A stretch of 64,000 nt of DNA from Promethearchaeota archaeon (GCA_014728035.1 WJMJ01000079.1:96001-160000); one strand, 5' to 3'. Counted from the stretch's first letter, positions 18,613-28,854 are shown. The notes: generated by a model not told the origin, from the letters alone. Program-made: numbers and translations.

Positions 18613-19440
18613 TTGATTTCACAGAGAAAAACCGGAATCAGTCATTGGATTCTTATCGCAAAGGGTACATTTGTGAAAGAGATTTTGATTCAGAAGCGAT
18701 ATACTGGGTGGCTAATTCAGAGTTTGATTCAACCAATAATTTTCATGGTGCTATTTACTCAGATGGGTGCTGGTTTTGGTATTGGTGTTACCGATTCTGG
18801 ATTTGATTTTACAAGCTTTCTCATACTAGGCTCTGTACTCGTGATGCTTTTATCTCAAATGCTTTGGGGTTCTGGGAATGCTTTGAGAAGTGAGCAGTAT
18901 CGTGGAACTTTGGAATCTACTCTTATGACCCCTACAAAAATGTCTGCTATGCTTACCGGATATTCTTTTGTTGATGTTGTACAGTCTATCTATTTGATTT
19001 TCATGGGATTGTTTCTTGGAGTCTTTGTATTTGGATTTCAGATTCAAATCACAGATCCTGTCGCTTTGATTATTGCACTAGGAACAACAATGTATGGTGT
19101 AATGGGATTTGGTTTTATGTTCGCATCTGTGACTCTTCTCATGAAGCAGTCAGGTCCTCTCATCAATATAATGCAGCCAATTTTGTATATCTTATGCGGA
19201 ATATTCTTTCCATTGACTGCACTACCTCCTGCAGTTCAAGCATTCTCTATGTTAATCCCGCTAACTCAAGGCTTTCTAGCAGTACAAAATGTACTACTTG
19301 TTGGTGCTGGGCTTAATACGATCATACCTTTGATTTTGGGTGCATTAACAGGTGGGACAATTTTAGCACTTTTCGGCATAGTTATGCTCAGAAGAACTAT
19401 TGAACACGCAAGGAGAAGAGGTATTATAGGTGCGTTTTAG
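18613..19440 (+). CDS. ABC-2 type exporter permease
   Basis: Six TM segments, EQYRGTLE, GIFFPL..LP. Confidence 0.92.
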   Translation: MISQRKTGISHWILIAKGTFVKEILIQKRYTGWLIQSLIQPIIFMVLFTQMGAGFGIGVTDSGFDFTSFLILGSVLVMLLSQMLWGSGNALRSEQYRGTLESTLMTPTKMSAMLTGYSFVDVVQSIYLIFMGLFLGVFVFGFQIQITDPVALIIALGTTMYGVMGFGFMFASVTLLMKQSGPLINIMQPILYILCGIFFPLTALPPAVQAFSMLIPLTQGFLAVQNVLLVGAGLNTIIPLILGALTGGTILALFGIVMLRRTIEHARRRGIIGAF

Positions 19441-19837
19441 TGTACTATATAGGATACAACCTCAGGTGAACATCGTGACATCGAATGATGAGGAATCTTC
19501 AAAGGAGTTTGATAGGATTGAAACCCTAGAAGAGTTGGCTGATGCATTATCTCTTCTAGGAAATGAGACCCGTCTACGAGTGATTGGTGCCTTGAAAAAG
19601 AAGAAGATGTTCATCCAAGAGATAGCACAGGAACTCAATCTCTCCTATCCTCTCCTTCATCTTCATCTGAAAAATCTTGAGAAGAACGGTGTTGTAAAAT
19701 CTGAGTATAGTGTTGGTGAAGATAAATCAACAAGATATGTAAAACGATATTTCGAGCTAGTCGACTTCAAGTTTGAAATCACTCCTGAACTTGTAGAAAG
19801 ACTAGCAACACAATACGAGGCAAAACAAAATGAGTAA
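19430..19837 (+). CDS. ArsR/SmtB family transcriptional regulator
   Basis: LGNETRLRVI, IQEIAQELNLSYPLLHLHLKNLEKNGVV; real start probably about 15 codons downstream. Confidence 0.9.
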   Translation: MRFSVLYRIQPQVNIVTSNDEESSKEFDRIETLEELADALSLLGNETRLRVIGALKKKKMFIQEIAQELNLSYPLLHLHLKNLEKNGVVKSEYSVGEDKSTRYVKRYFELVDFKFEITPELVERLATQYEAKQNE

Positions 19838-20150
19838 TGGATTCAATAAGTGGATAGCTGCCCTTGCAATAATTTTCATGGGCTTTGCATTTCCCGCTGT
19901 CTTAGTGTATCTCTCAGCCTTTTACGCTTTCAATATCTGGTTCACTGCTATTTTTTCATTTCTATCATTAGGTGGAGCTGTCGGAATCATTTCAATTGTG
20001 ATGGTTGGAACTAATTATATGGGCGGCAGTGATTCTTCTACAGAAAAGCAAAAGATGCTTAGAGCGCAAATGATTGAAACATTGAAAGAAATGGATGAAG
20101 TAATCTTCTATCTCAGCGATATTCGTGACTTCTTGAAAACGGAGGAGTAA
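19830..20150 (+). CDS. Two-TM membrane protein with C-terminal coiled coil
   Basis: Two hydrophobic helices followed by an amphipathic tail. Confidence 0.75.
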   Translation: MSNGFNKWIAALAIIFMGFAFPAVLVYLSAFYAFNIWFTAIFSFLSLGGAVGIISIVMVGTNYMGGSDSSTEKQKMLRAQMIETLKEMDEVIFYLSDIRDFLKTEE

Positions 20151-20152
20151 CC

Positions 20153-20287
20153 TTGGCAGTAAATACTGATTATGAAGAATTGAGTGATAAAGAGCTGATT
20201 AAAGAATCTATCCAGAAGATGGGTGAATTGAAAAGTATCTTGAGAGAGATTCGCCGCTCATTGGGTCGAATAGAAGGATCTGAATAG
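20153..20287 (+). CDS. Unannotated 44-aa coiled-coil protein (MAVNTDYEELSDKELIKESIQKMGELKSILREIRRSLGRIEGSE)
   Basis: TTG start 5 nt after GGAGGAG and 2 nt after the upstream stop; resembles the tail of the upstream protein. Confidence 0.7.
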   Translation: MAVNTDYEELSDKELIKESIQKMGELKSILREIRRSLGRIEGSE

Positions 20288-20352
20288 TCGGAGTTGGTTG
20301 TATAACCGTTGCAATTGAGATTAGCCCAGCTAGCTCGTTTAGTGAGTTTGAA

Positions 20353-21285
20353 ATGATATGGCACAAGTCAATGCAGCATCTTTCTTGGTACTTGGATCCG
20401 AATCCAATGGACTACGATATGAAAGAAGAAATAACAGAATTAGCAGAGAGTTTTTCATCAAATAAACATTATTTTCTGATTGCCAAATCTAAAGGTGAGT
20501 CGGTTGGATGTATCACTTTTGAAACTCGTGATAAATTAGCCCGATTGGGAATAACCATGCCAGGTGTACCATTAAACAAGCGAGGAACAATGATTGGGAA
20601 TAAGTTACTCAATGAATGCATTTCTATTCTAAAATCAAAATCAATTTCCGTTCTCAATTGTACATACAAATATAGAACCAAGGAAGAAATTCAATGGCAT
20701 CTTGACCTGGTTAAATCTCTGGGTTTTGTTTCTCAACCTGAGGGGACTCAATTAATGCGATCTGTTGCTGAAAGCAACAACACAGCTGATGATTCAAGCA
20801 ACCAATTCAAGATTCTACATCGCGAAGATGTATCTCCTCAGTCACTTGCTGAATTAACTTATCAGTCTTTTTTGGGGACAGTCCAAGATCGAGCAATCCA
20901 CGAAAATACTATGCCCATGACATTAGATGGGATTCTGCAATCACATAATAGAATTGCATCAAATTCAATTTTCTTCTCTCCTGCAAATTTATGGTATATT
21001 GCTCAAGTAGATGATGATTTAGCAGGAGTGTTGATTGGTGGAGATATTGGGAAAAGAAATGATTACCGGATAGGAATAATTGGCGAGCTCTGCGTTAGTC
21101 CTTCTTTTCGTAGGAGAGGAATTGCAAGCAAACTAATCTCTAAGTTTCTTTCAGATTCACAGAAGATGAATTTTGACTATGTTTTCGTTGGAACTCCTAG
21201 TAGAAATATCCCTGGAATTAGATTATATGAAAAACATGGTTTCACTCCAACTAATTATACAATTAATCTTTCATTAGCTCTCTAG
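20353..21285 (+). CDS. Tandem GNAT acetyltransferase
   Basis: Two acetyl-CoA motifs (VPLNKRGTMIG; VSPSFRRRGIA) and N.PGIRLYEKHGF. Confidence 0.88.
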   Translation: MIWHKSMQHLSWYLDPNPMDYDMKEEITELAESFSSNKHYFLIAKSKGESVGCITFETRDKLARLGITMPGVPLNKRGTMIGNKLLNECISILKSKSISVLNCTYKYRTKEEIQWHLDLVKSLGFVSQPEGTQLMRSVAESNNTADDSSNQFKILHREDVSPQSLAELTYQSFLGTVQDRAIHENTMPMTLDGILQSHNRIASNSIFFSPANLWYIAQVDDDLAGVLIGGDIGKRNDYRIGIIGELCVSPSFRRRGIASKLISKFLSDSQKMNFDYVFVGTPSRNIPGIRLYEKHGFTPTNYTINLSLAL

Positions 21286-21316
21286 AATGATTCTTTCCAT
21301 TGTTGAGTCGATCTAT

Positions 21317-22396
21317 TCATAGGAGTGTATCTGATTCTTCAATTCGAGGCCCTTCTACAATATCATCAATCCTAGGATGAATGACCCTTTTCCAGAGAGG
21401 CGGAATCAATGCAAGCCATATCATTCCTGCATACCCAGTTGGTAGCTGGGGACTTTTCTCATAGTGACGTAGAGTTTGATATCTTCGTCCAGGCTTATAG
21501 TGATGGTCCGCATGTCTTTGTAGGTTGAACAGAAACCAGTTAGTGAAACGATGACTAGAATTCCAAGAGTGTATGATTTTTACTCGTTCATATCCGTTAT
21601 CAGTTTCTTTTCTTTCTAGACCATAATGCTCAATGTAGTTGATGACCTCAAGCAAGGTGATTGCAACAAATGCTTGTAAAAGAAATAATAGTAACGAAGT
21701 CAATCCAAATATGAAGAAGATACCTACTAGCAACCCGAGCGTATAGAGAAGATGTCTAAGAGTTCTGTTGTGTGGGCTGTATGCTGATTTTTCCTCTCTA
21801 CCTAATCTATTTGCTTCGAATTGAAATGCTGACCTTATTGTCCCAAATACCGTCTGTGGCCAAAATCTATAGAACGATTGGTTTCTTTTTGCGGTAGCTG
21901 GATCTTCTGGTGTTGCAACATGTCTGTGATGGCCTACAACATGTTCGAGACCCCAGTGCAGATACCCTGTTGGCCAGAGAATCAGTCTTGACAAAGCCAT
22001 CTCATATTTGCTCTGTATTCTATGTCCTAATTCGTGGCCTACATTGATTCCCATTACACCGCTATTAATACCAATAGAAATCCCGAGTCCAATGAAAGCA
22101 TGTATTGAAAGATTTACCACTGAAACTATGTATATCCCCCAAAAAACAATACCCAGCACAGTAGGAACACACAACCAAGTGATAATCCTGAATGATTTAC
22201 TGTTCTTCAGCTCTTCTTCTTGATTATCTGGTGGATTTGTTTTGTCTACTCCAATAATCTCGTCAAGGATTGGAACAATGACGAAGACAAAGATGGGAGT
22301 TAAATAATTCCACCACTCTCCTAGAACATACCCTATAATGATAAGAGCTGGCAATATGAACACAAGCGAATATGGGATGGACCGCATAGTGGACAT
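21317..22396 (-). CDS. alkB: Alkane 1-monooxygenase (AlkB family, membrane di-iron)
   Basis: All AlkB histidine boxes present: HELGH, EHVVGHH, NYIEHYG, LQRHADHH; also DPATA and PQLPTGY; six TM segments. Confidence 0.92.
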   Translation of the reverse strand: MSTMRSIPYSLVFILPALIIIGYVLGEWWNYLTPIFVFVIVPILDEIIGVDKTNPPDNQEEELKNSKSFRIITWLCVPTVLGIVFWGIYIVSVVNLSIHAFIGLGISIGINSGVMGINVGHELGHRIQSKYEMALSRLILWPTGYLHWGLEHVVGHHRHVATPEDPATAKRNQSFYRFWPQTVFGTIRSAFQFEANRLGREEKSAYSPHNRTLRHLLYTLGLLVGIFFIFGLTSLLLFLLQAFVAITLLEVINYIEHYGLERKETDNGYERVKIIHSWNSSHRFTNWFLFNLQRHADHHYKPGRRYQTLRHYEKSPQLPTGYAGMIWLALIPPLWKRVIHPRIDDIVEGPRIEESDTLL

Positions 22397-22456
22397 TTAG
22401 TATAAATACAGTATAAGTTTGTCCTTTAGGAAAAACCGATACTTGTAAATTCAAAG

Positions 22457-23239
22457 TTGTATGTAGTAAAGATAATGACATCCAGTATCGAAGCTATTCA
22501 GGAACAGATTCTATCTCTGCTTGCAATTGATGAAGATGAAGAAGCAGAAGAATTACTCCATCCAGCTCTTTCAGAAAATCCTGAAAATCCAAAACTACTA
22601 ACTCTAGAGGCAATCCTAATCCTACGAAAAGGAAAAGAAAATCTCGCAGAATCCAAACTTCAAAAGATTATAAAACAAGATTCAAGTAATGAATTAGCTG
22701 TTTACACTTTAGGACGTATTCTAAATAGTCAGTTACGAGTTGAAGAAGTTGAATCTCTCTACAAGAATACACTAGAGAAGCATCCTGATAGTCATCAGGT
22801 GTTAGATGACTTGTGTAGATTCCTTTATGAAGAAGATAGAGCTGAAGAAGCCTTCAAACTTGCAACAAAGCATTACAAAAAGTTTCCCAGAGTCTATGAA
22901 GCATATGATGCGATTCGTTTTCTAAATCATAGCGTTGAAGATTCTCTAATATCTGATGTTGAGGATACAGATGGGGATGTGGGCTATCTCAAGATGCTGA
23001 TTTCCAACCAGTTGGACCAATTTGACCTTCTTATCAGAATGGAGGAACAAGTTGGTAGAGAAAAACTCGAATCTCTGGAGGTAGCTTGGGAAGTTGATGA
23101 AGACCTCATACGATTAGCTGGTGAACTTGAGCATTATAGACAAGTCGCTAAAGAGGTTGGACTAACACTTCCAGCAAACCTTGATAAGAGAATTGATGAA
23201 GTAATTGAGAATGGGCGATCTCGAAGTGATCTTATCTGA
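22457..23239 (+). CDS. TPR-repeat protein
   Basis: Helical repeats with A...L...P spacing (ALSENPEN, LEKHPDS). Confidence 0.75.
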   Translation: MYVVKIMTSSIEAIQEQILSLLAIDEDEEAEELLHPALSENPENPKLLTLEAILILRKGKENLAESKLQKIIKQDSSNELAVYTLGRILNSQLRVEEVESLYKNTLEKHPDSHQVLDDLCRFLYEEDRAEEAFKLATKHYKKFPRVYEAYDAIRFLNHSVEDSLISDVEDTDGDVGYLKMLISNQLDQFDLLIRMEEQVGREKLESLEVAWEVDEDLIRLAGELEHYRQVAKEVGLTLPANLDKRIDEVIENGRSRSDLI

Positions 23240-23240
23240 A

Positions 23241-23525
23241 TCACTGCCATTGATACCCTTTGTCTTCTTCTGGTAGTTCTTCTTTTCTACTGAAATATAT
23301 TACATGTTGGTCTCCTTCTTTCCATAACCAGATGTGGTAATCACTGCTCTCTAAAGTTGTTAACATATTCCCGCGGTCGCTTTTTTCCATTCCCATCACT
23401 TTTAGAAGACTGAATGTGTTTACCAATCGGTCAATATTCTTCTCTATAGCAGCGAAGATTCTTTTCTTTGAGCCTTCTTCCATTTGAAGAATATCCGAAT
23501 CTCGAAGAACGGTTTTAATTCTCAT
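23241..23525 (-). CDS. Hypothetical protein
   Basis: 94-aa ORF with coding-like composition. Confidence 0.65.
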   Translation of the reverse strand: MRIKTVLRDSDILQMEEGSKKRIFAAIEKNIDRLVNTFSLLKVMGMEKSDRGNMLTTLESSDYHIWLWKEGDQHVIYFSRKEELPEEDKGYQWQ

Positions 23526-23578
23526 TTCCTATCAATCATGAATTGTTTTAGCGAGTTCATAAGCATATTGCTATCTGT

Positions 23579-24478
23579 TTATGAAATTAATATCGCAAAA
23601 ATAGTTGGGTTGATGCTTTTCAAAGAGAGAATCCAACCATGAGCCTGGATTATTCTAGATGCTATTGATAGACCAAATCCAGTATTTTTCTCACTGGTTG
23701 TAAATCCTCGCTCAAATACTCTATCTCTGATAGATTCATCAATTGGTACTCCATCGTTCTGTATGAGAATTTCTATTCTCCCTTCATCATTGATTGCTTT
23801 TTCTATGACTATTTCAGAAGCATCTCCGTGGATAATTGCATTAAGAATGATATTCTGTATTGCCTGGGTCAGTTTTGTAGCATCACAATGGACTTTTGGC
23901 AAGTCTTTGGAAATCACCCGAATCTCATCTGGTACAACGATTGATGCTTCATCAATTATGTCTTCAAATTCTATTTCATCGGTTACTTCTATTAATTTCC
24001 CAGCATCCGCAAGCGTTACAGATCGTGATAACAATGTTTCAATATTATGAACATGCTCTTCAATATCATCTACAATTTGCTCTCTGTAATCTAATCTTAG
24101 AACATCACAACAAGTCAAGATAACATGAAGATGTCCCCGTACATCGTGAGAGAGAGTATGAGCTAATGTGCTCAATTCATCAGAACGTTTTAGAATCATT
24201 GCTTGCATTTCTTCCTTTCTTGTGAAAATCATTCTGAGTCCAAGAGCAAGTACTGTTAGTGTGATTACTGCAAAAATTCGTATAAGATTTGATTCAAGAT
24301 TATTTCCAAATAATGCTAGAGACAATTCATTTTCTTTTTGAAATACAAAGAAATCCAGAAACGTGTCAGTTATCCATATCGAAAGACCAAATATCATTAT
24401 CAGTATGAAGATTCCATTTGGTGAAATCTTGATTCCCTTGAGAGAATTTCGAAATGACACCACATTTCTCTCCTCCAT
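23579..24478 (-). CDS. Membrane sensor histidine kinase (no adjacent response regulator)
   Basis: Two TM segments, H-box SHDVR, N-box NIILNAIIH, G1 NDG, F-box FERGFTT, G2 GFGL. Confidence 0.92.
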   Translation of the reverse strand: MEERNVVSFRNSLKGIKISPNGIFILIMIFGLSIWITDTFLDFFVFQKENELSLALFGNNLESNLIRIFAVITLTVLALGLRMIFTRKEEMQAMILKRSDELSTLAHTLSHDVRGHLHVILTCCDVLRLDYREQIVDDIEEHVHNIETLLSRSVTLADAGKLIEVTDEIEFEDIIDEASIVVPDEIRVISKDLPKVHCDATKLTQAIQNIILNAIIHGDASEIVIEKAINDEGRIEILIQNDGVPIDESIRDRVFERGFTTSEKNTGFGLSIASRIIQAHGWILSLKSINPTIFAILIS

Positions 24479-24633
24479 ACTAAACGCTGCCCCGTCACGA
24501 AATTTACTATCTTTAATATATTTCTATTGAACTATATAAAGGACCATCAATTTATTCAAAAAAATGAGTATGAATAAATTCCTGTTGCATTTGTTTCATA
24601 GTATTAAAATGAGATTATTATTCTTCTTCAACC

Positions 24634-25752
24634 ATGGATGATTACGATAAGTTTCTTAGAGCCATTTCGTTTGTAAAAGGAATGGAACTTTCATCATGTC
24701 TATTTCAGCAAGCTGTCCGACCTATTCTGGATAATGTTTTCCCTAACCTTTCTTATTCTGCTGCTAGATTGGGATATGGGTCAGATGTTTTGGGATTCGA
24801 TACAACTCAATCGCGCGACCACCATTGGGGACCTCGGTTAACCATTTTCATATCAGAAGACTCTCTTGACCAAAAGGAAGCTATTGAAGAAACATTAAGC
24901 AATAAATTACCTCAAAAGATTCTGGGCTATCCTACAGCTTTCCGAGACCTAGATGATTCAGGTGGTTTCATGGATCCATCTCAGAGAGGTGATTTGGTGC
25001 ATCAAGTCATTATTACAACAGTTAACAAATTCTTTTCAGATTATATTGGGCTTGATCCATCGGAGCCAGTATCGGTTCTTGATTGGCTAGTAATTCCCCA
25101 ACAACGTCTAGCGACAATATCTCGTGGAAAATGTTTCTTTGATGGATTAGGTGTTATTGAAGAGATTCGTAAGAAACTTGCATGGTATCCTCATGATGTA
25201 TGGTTGTATCTATTAGCAGGACAATGGACACGAATAGCTCAAGAAGAACCATTTCTGGGACGTACAGGTGACGTAGGGGATGAATTAGGGTCTCGAATAA
25301 TTGCAACTAGATTGGTACATGACATCATGCAGTTATGTTACTTGATGGAAAGAAAATACATTCCATATTCGAAATGGTTTGGCACAGCTTTCAAGGAATT
25401 AAGCTCCTCCGTGTTTTTGACTCCTATTTTTCATGAGATATTCAATAGTAAGAAATGGAAGGAGCGGCAAAAGCATTTTGTTAAGATTCTGGAGTATGCA
25501 GCAGATTTGCATAACCAATTGGGGATAACAAAACATCTTGATCCCAAGACTCGCTTATTTCATACTCGCCCCTATGAAGTGATTGGTGGTGAGAGATTTG
25601 CGGAAAGTCTCTATGAAGTCATTTCTGATGAAACGGTTAGACAGTTACCTCGTGGACTTGGATCTGTTGACCAAATGGTGAAATCGATTGACGTACTTGA
25701 GAATATATCCCGATGTAGGACTCTGAAGAAGCTGTTATTGGATGTGAAATAA
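24634..25752 (+). CDS. DUF4037-type nucleotidyltransferase-fold protein
   Basis: GYGSDVLGFD..SRDHHWGP, YPHDVW, PYSKW. Confidence 0.8.
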   Translation: MDDYDKFLRAISFVKGMELSSCLFQQAVRPILDNVFPNLSYSAARLGYGSDVLGFDTTQSRDHHWGPRLTIFISEDSLDQKEAIEETLSNKLPQKILGYPTAFRDLDDSGGFMDPSQRGDLVHQVIITTVNKFFSDYIGLDPSEPVSVLDWLVIPQQRLATISRGKCFFDGLGVIEEIRKKLAWYPHDVWLYLLAGQWTRIAQEEPFLGRTGDVGDELGSRIIATRLVHDIMQLCYLMERKYIPYSKWFGTAFKELSSSVFLTPIFHEIFNSKKWKERQKHFVKILEYAADLHNQLGITKHLDPKTRLFHTRPYEVIGGERFAESLYEVISDETVRQLPRGLGSVDQMVKSIDVLENISRCRTLKKLLLDVK

Positions 25753-25818
25753 CTCCAAACTAAGGTGAGAGAAACAGAATGCGGATAGGTTCTAATCTCT
25801 CAGCATGAAAAAGCACTG

Positions 25819-26087
25819 TTAAACGAGAGTCCAAATAATTTCCTTTTTCACCTTTGAAATTCTCTTAGAAATTATGCCTTCTTTATCCAAGCTCTTCAAG
25901 GCTTTAGGAATACGGATTTAATATGTTTCTTACATAAAGCGGTCTTGAGAGTTATTTTCCCATGTCCTTCACCGAATTTTGCTTTATATTATTCGTAATC
26001 AGAATAACGAATCCCTAGAAGATTTCTAGCAATATTTTTTGTTTCATTAGTATACTTCTCGAAATCGCAACGCTTGCAACCCCACCG
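25819..26087 (-). pseudogene. Possible degraded gene (CxxC plus wHTH-like end)
   Basis: Broken minus-strand frames: GCKRCDFEKY...YE*YKAKFGEGHGKITLK... then a shifted KALKSLDKEGIISKRISKVKKEIIWTLV*. Confidence 0.3.
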
Positions 26088-26118
26088 AAAAATTAAATAT
26101 AGTTAATTCATTATAATA

Positions 26119-26775
26119 ATGGAGGTATTTACAATGACTACAGAAAATATCCCATCAGGTGGAGAAACTGAAGATGGTCAGTTATTCAAAATGGTTGGAC
26201 ATAGTTATGATAAGATGGGAGAAAGATATCATCGATTTAGAAATAATGAGAAGTTTATTGGTGAACTAGAACAATTTGTGGGATTACTTCCTCCCTCGGG
26301 AGATGTACTTGATGCTGGATGTGGTGTTGGGAAACCGACTTCTGAGTATCTAGCTAAGCAAGGTTTCAAAGTAACAGGTGTGGATATTTCCGGAAGGATG
26401 ATTGAATTAGCAAAACAAAATGTACCCGATGTCAAATTTCATCAGAAAAATATCCTTGAGTTGGACTTTCCCAATAATGCCTTCGATGGAATCATATGCG
26501 TATACACACTCTGGCATATACCTCGAGAACATCATGCAAATATCATAGAGAACTTTCATAGGATGTTGAAAGATGATGGGATTCTAGTACTAAATACAGG
26601 AGTCTACGAGTCTGATGGTATGAGCAGGTTCTTTGGTGAACCAATGCTTTGGAGCACTAACGATCCAAAGAAAACGCTTGGTGTGGTGAAGAGTCTTGGA
26701 TTTGAAATACTGCAGGAGGGAATTCTGAATCTAGGTGGAGAACGTCAATATTGGATTTTTGCCAAGAAAAAGTGA
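26119..26775 (+). CDS. Class I SAM-dependent methyltransferase
   Basis: VLDAGCGVG, GVDIS, FDGI. Confidence 0.92.
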   Translation: MEVFTMTTENIPSGGETEDGQLFKMVGHSYDKMGERYHRFRNNEKFIGELEQFVGLLPPSGDVLDAGCGVGKPTSEYLAKQGFKVTGVDISGRMIELAKQNVPDVKFHQKNILELDFPNNAFDGIICVYTLWHIPREHHANIIENFHRMLKDDGILVLNTGVYESDGMSRFFGEPMLWSTNDPKKTLGVVKSLGFEILQEGILNLGGERQYWIFAKKK

Positions 26776-27103
26776 AGCCATTCTAGAATCACTCTTGAGC
26801 TGATTCAGCCATTTTACATTTGGAAAGTAGAATTACCTGTGCATCTTTCAGATATTCAATAATCTCAATACTTTGTGAACCTTTTTCAATGGAGTTTCTA
26901 CATTCAACACATTCGGTCGTATCCTTTCCTTGTTCCCATTCTAGCAATTGCGAGAGCCCTCTCTCCAGCATAATTGGTTATATCATAGCAGTGCTCTTAT
27001 CTTCGTATAGTTGCTTGTTGATTCCATAATAGAGGTAGATGTCTATATATTCCCTGTAAAGTCTTTCAAGCTGTTGACCTAGATATCTCCCAAAATCTTC
27101 TAT

Positions 27104-27688
27104 TCAATCGCTATCGGTGTAAGCCATCACATAGAGTGTGTTGGTGTGGAGGTTAAGCACGAATATCAGATCATCCCATGCAGTCAAGTAAAACCACTGT
27201 GATATGGATTTCAATTCGAGCGTTTCGTCAGGGATACCAAACCCGCCACTCATATCCATTCCGCGAACATCTTCGATGATAGTATCAAAGATATAGTAGT
27301 CTTCTGAATCTCTCTTGAATTCTGTATCATACTTTGACACAATTTCTAACGCTTCAGTTTCTTGATATGGGGCCCCATCATCCTCACCATATGCTCCTCC
27401 AGTCCTTAATATGTGAAATATACCTTTCAAGAAATCGGTTGATTCCCGATACGGGAATATACTGAAGTCCCATTCCAGAGTTGTCTTCAATTTCCATGCT
27501 TCGTTTTCGCTCTCTGCAAATTGCTTGAAGAATTCTCTATACTTTTTTCTATCGTGGAAATCATACTCTTTCAATGAAACATCTGAATCAATATGATACT
27601 GTGCGAATTCTGTTGAAACAAAACCTAGAACTCTCTCTAATTCTAAGAAGAATCCGTCTTTTTCGACCTCTATGAACTTGAATGACAT
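27104..27688 (-). CDS. Hypothetical acidic protein
   Basis: 194-aa ORF. Confidence 0.7.
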   Translation of the reverse strand: MSFKFIEVEKDGFFLELERVLGFVSTEFAQYHIDSDVSLKEYDFHDRKKYREFFKQFAESENEAWKLKTTLEWDFSIFPYRESTDFLKGIFHILRTGGAYGEDDGAPYQETEALEIVSKYDTEFKRDSEDYYIFDTIIEDVRGMDMSGGFGIPDETLELKSISQWFYLTAWDDLIFVLNLHTNTLYVMAYTDSD

Positions 27689-27792
27689 ACTGATTTCTAT
27701 ATGAATTATCTAATAAATTCTCCAAATATTCCTGGTGTATTACTTAACCTTAGAATCTCAGCTAGATTTTTATCCATTCGTTCAAACGCTTT

Positions 27793-28290
27793 ATGACAGG
27801 TGTTTTTATGAAAAGACCAAAACTTGCCGCGCTAGCAGTAGTTCTTGTTCTAATCGGAGCAGGTTCTGCATTTGCCGCATATATCATACTGTCTAATACA
27901 TATGATTACGATGTGACTGTTGAGGGAGAATACATTACCATCACTGAGGTGTCTGCACCTTCAGGTACACTTGCCAAAGGTACGAATTACACATATCGAA
28001 TCACGGCTACTGTGAACTCAGGTTCTTGGGATGCCTCTCTGTGGTTCAATATTACTTCAAGTGCTATAGAAGATAACACCCATTTATCCGATTATATCAT
28101 TTACGTAAATGGAACAGGCTTAACGAGAATGCACAATCAAGCTATTCCTAATAGATATCAATCACAATATCTTATTGGTACATTTTCAGAAGGTCAGACG
28201 CTTACCTTTGATTGGACAATCAATTTCGATTATGGCTGGCCATCGGGTACATTCAATATTCTTCTATATATCGATGGTCAAGCAAATTAG
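27793..28290 (+). CDS. Small secreted beta-rich protein with signal peptide
   Basis: MKRPK followed by a hydrophobic stretch and AFA-A cleavage site; beta-strand-rich mature region with several N-glycosylation sequons. Confidence 0.75.
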   Translation: MTGVFMKRPKLAALAVVLVLIGAGSAFAAYIILSNTYDYDVTVEGEYITITEVSAPSGTLAKGTNYTYRITATVNSGSWDASLWFNITSSAIEDNTHLSDYIIYVNGTGLTRMHNQAIPNRYQSQYLIGTFSEGQTLTFDWTINFDYGWPSGTFNILLYIDGQAN

Positions 28291-28346
28291 TATTCCAATT
28301 TCAGACAAGGTCACTTCATTGACATGAAGAAATACTATCATCAAAC

Positions 28347-28367
28347 AGAGGAATACTCCATTCCTCT
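28347..28367 (+). terminator. Hairpin plus U-tract terminator
   Basis: AGAGGAAT-N5-ATTCCTCT followed by ACTTTTTT. Confidence 0.65.
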
Positions 28368-28467
28368 ACTTTTTTCTATATCTGCATTTAGGTTTGATTC
28401 TATTAGCACGATATCATCATATGATTGAAGGATTTCAGTGTCTACATTCCATATAAAAAAGAATAGA

Positions 28468-28488
28468 GAGCAATCATATCGATTGCTC
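28468..28488 (-). terminator. Hairpin plus U-tract terminator
   Basis: GAGCAATC-N5-GATTGCTC followed on the minus strand by TCTATTCTTTTTT. Confidence 0.65.
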
Positions 28489-28497
28489 ATGAGAATT

Positions 28498-28854
28498 TCA
28501 CTTGTAAGGTGCTCTTATCGGTGGAAGTATCATTATGAAGATGATCAAAACAGCGAACGTGATGGGAAATGCTTGTAACACTAAAGTTGGTATAATGAAT
28601 ATCGCCATTGGAATGGAAATTATATTCAGTACTAATGCATAGAGCCATCCTTCTTTCTTCACTGGTTTGAGATAAAACCATGAAATTAACATCAATGCTA
28701 GTCCCAGAGCTAGACCGATAGCTGCTTCAATCATTACGAGTATCAAGCCGTACAATGAGAACATCATAAGGAACGCACCGTAGCCAATGTTCAGACCGAA
28801 TACGATCTTATCGGCTATGTTAGCAAATTCTGCAGAAAATTCTGATTCAGACAA
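28498..28854 (-). CDS. Four-TM membrane protein
   Basis: Hydrophobic ORF with an upstream GGAG. Confidence 0.75.
   Translation of the reverse strand: MSESEFSAEFANIADKIVFGLNIGYGAFLMMFSLYGLILVMIEAAIGLALGLALMLISWFYLKPVKKEGWLYALVLNIISIPMAIFIIPTLVLQAFPITFAVLIIFIMILPPIRAPYK

Noticed and set aside
26789-27029. Short ORFs on both strands between the methyltransferase and the 27104 gene
   Set aside because: No recognisable motif or ribosome-binding site; possibly a remnant, not supportable as a gene.
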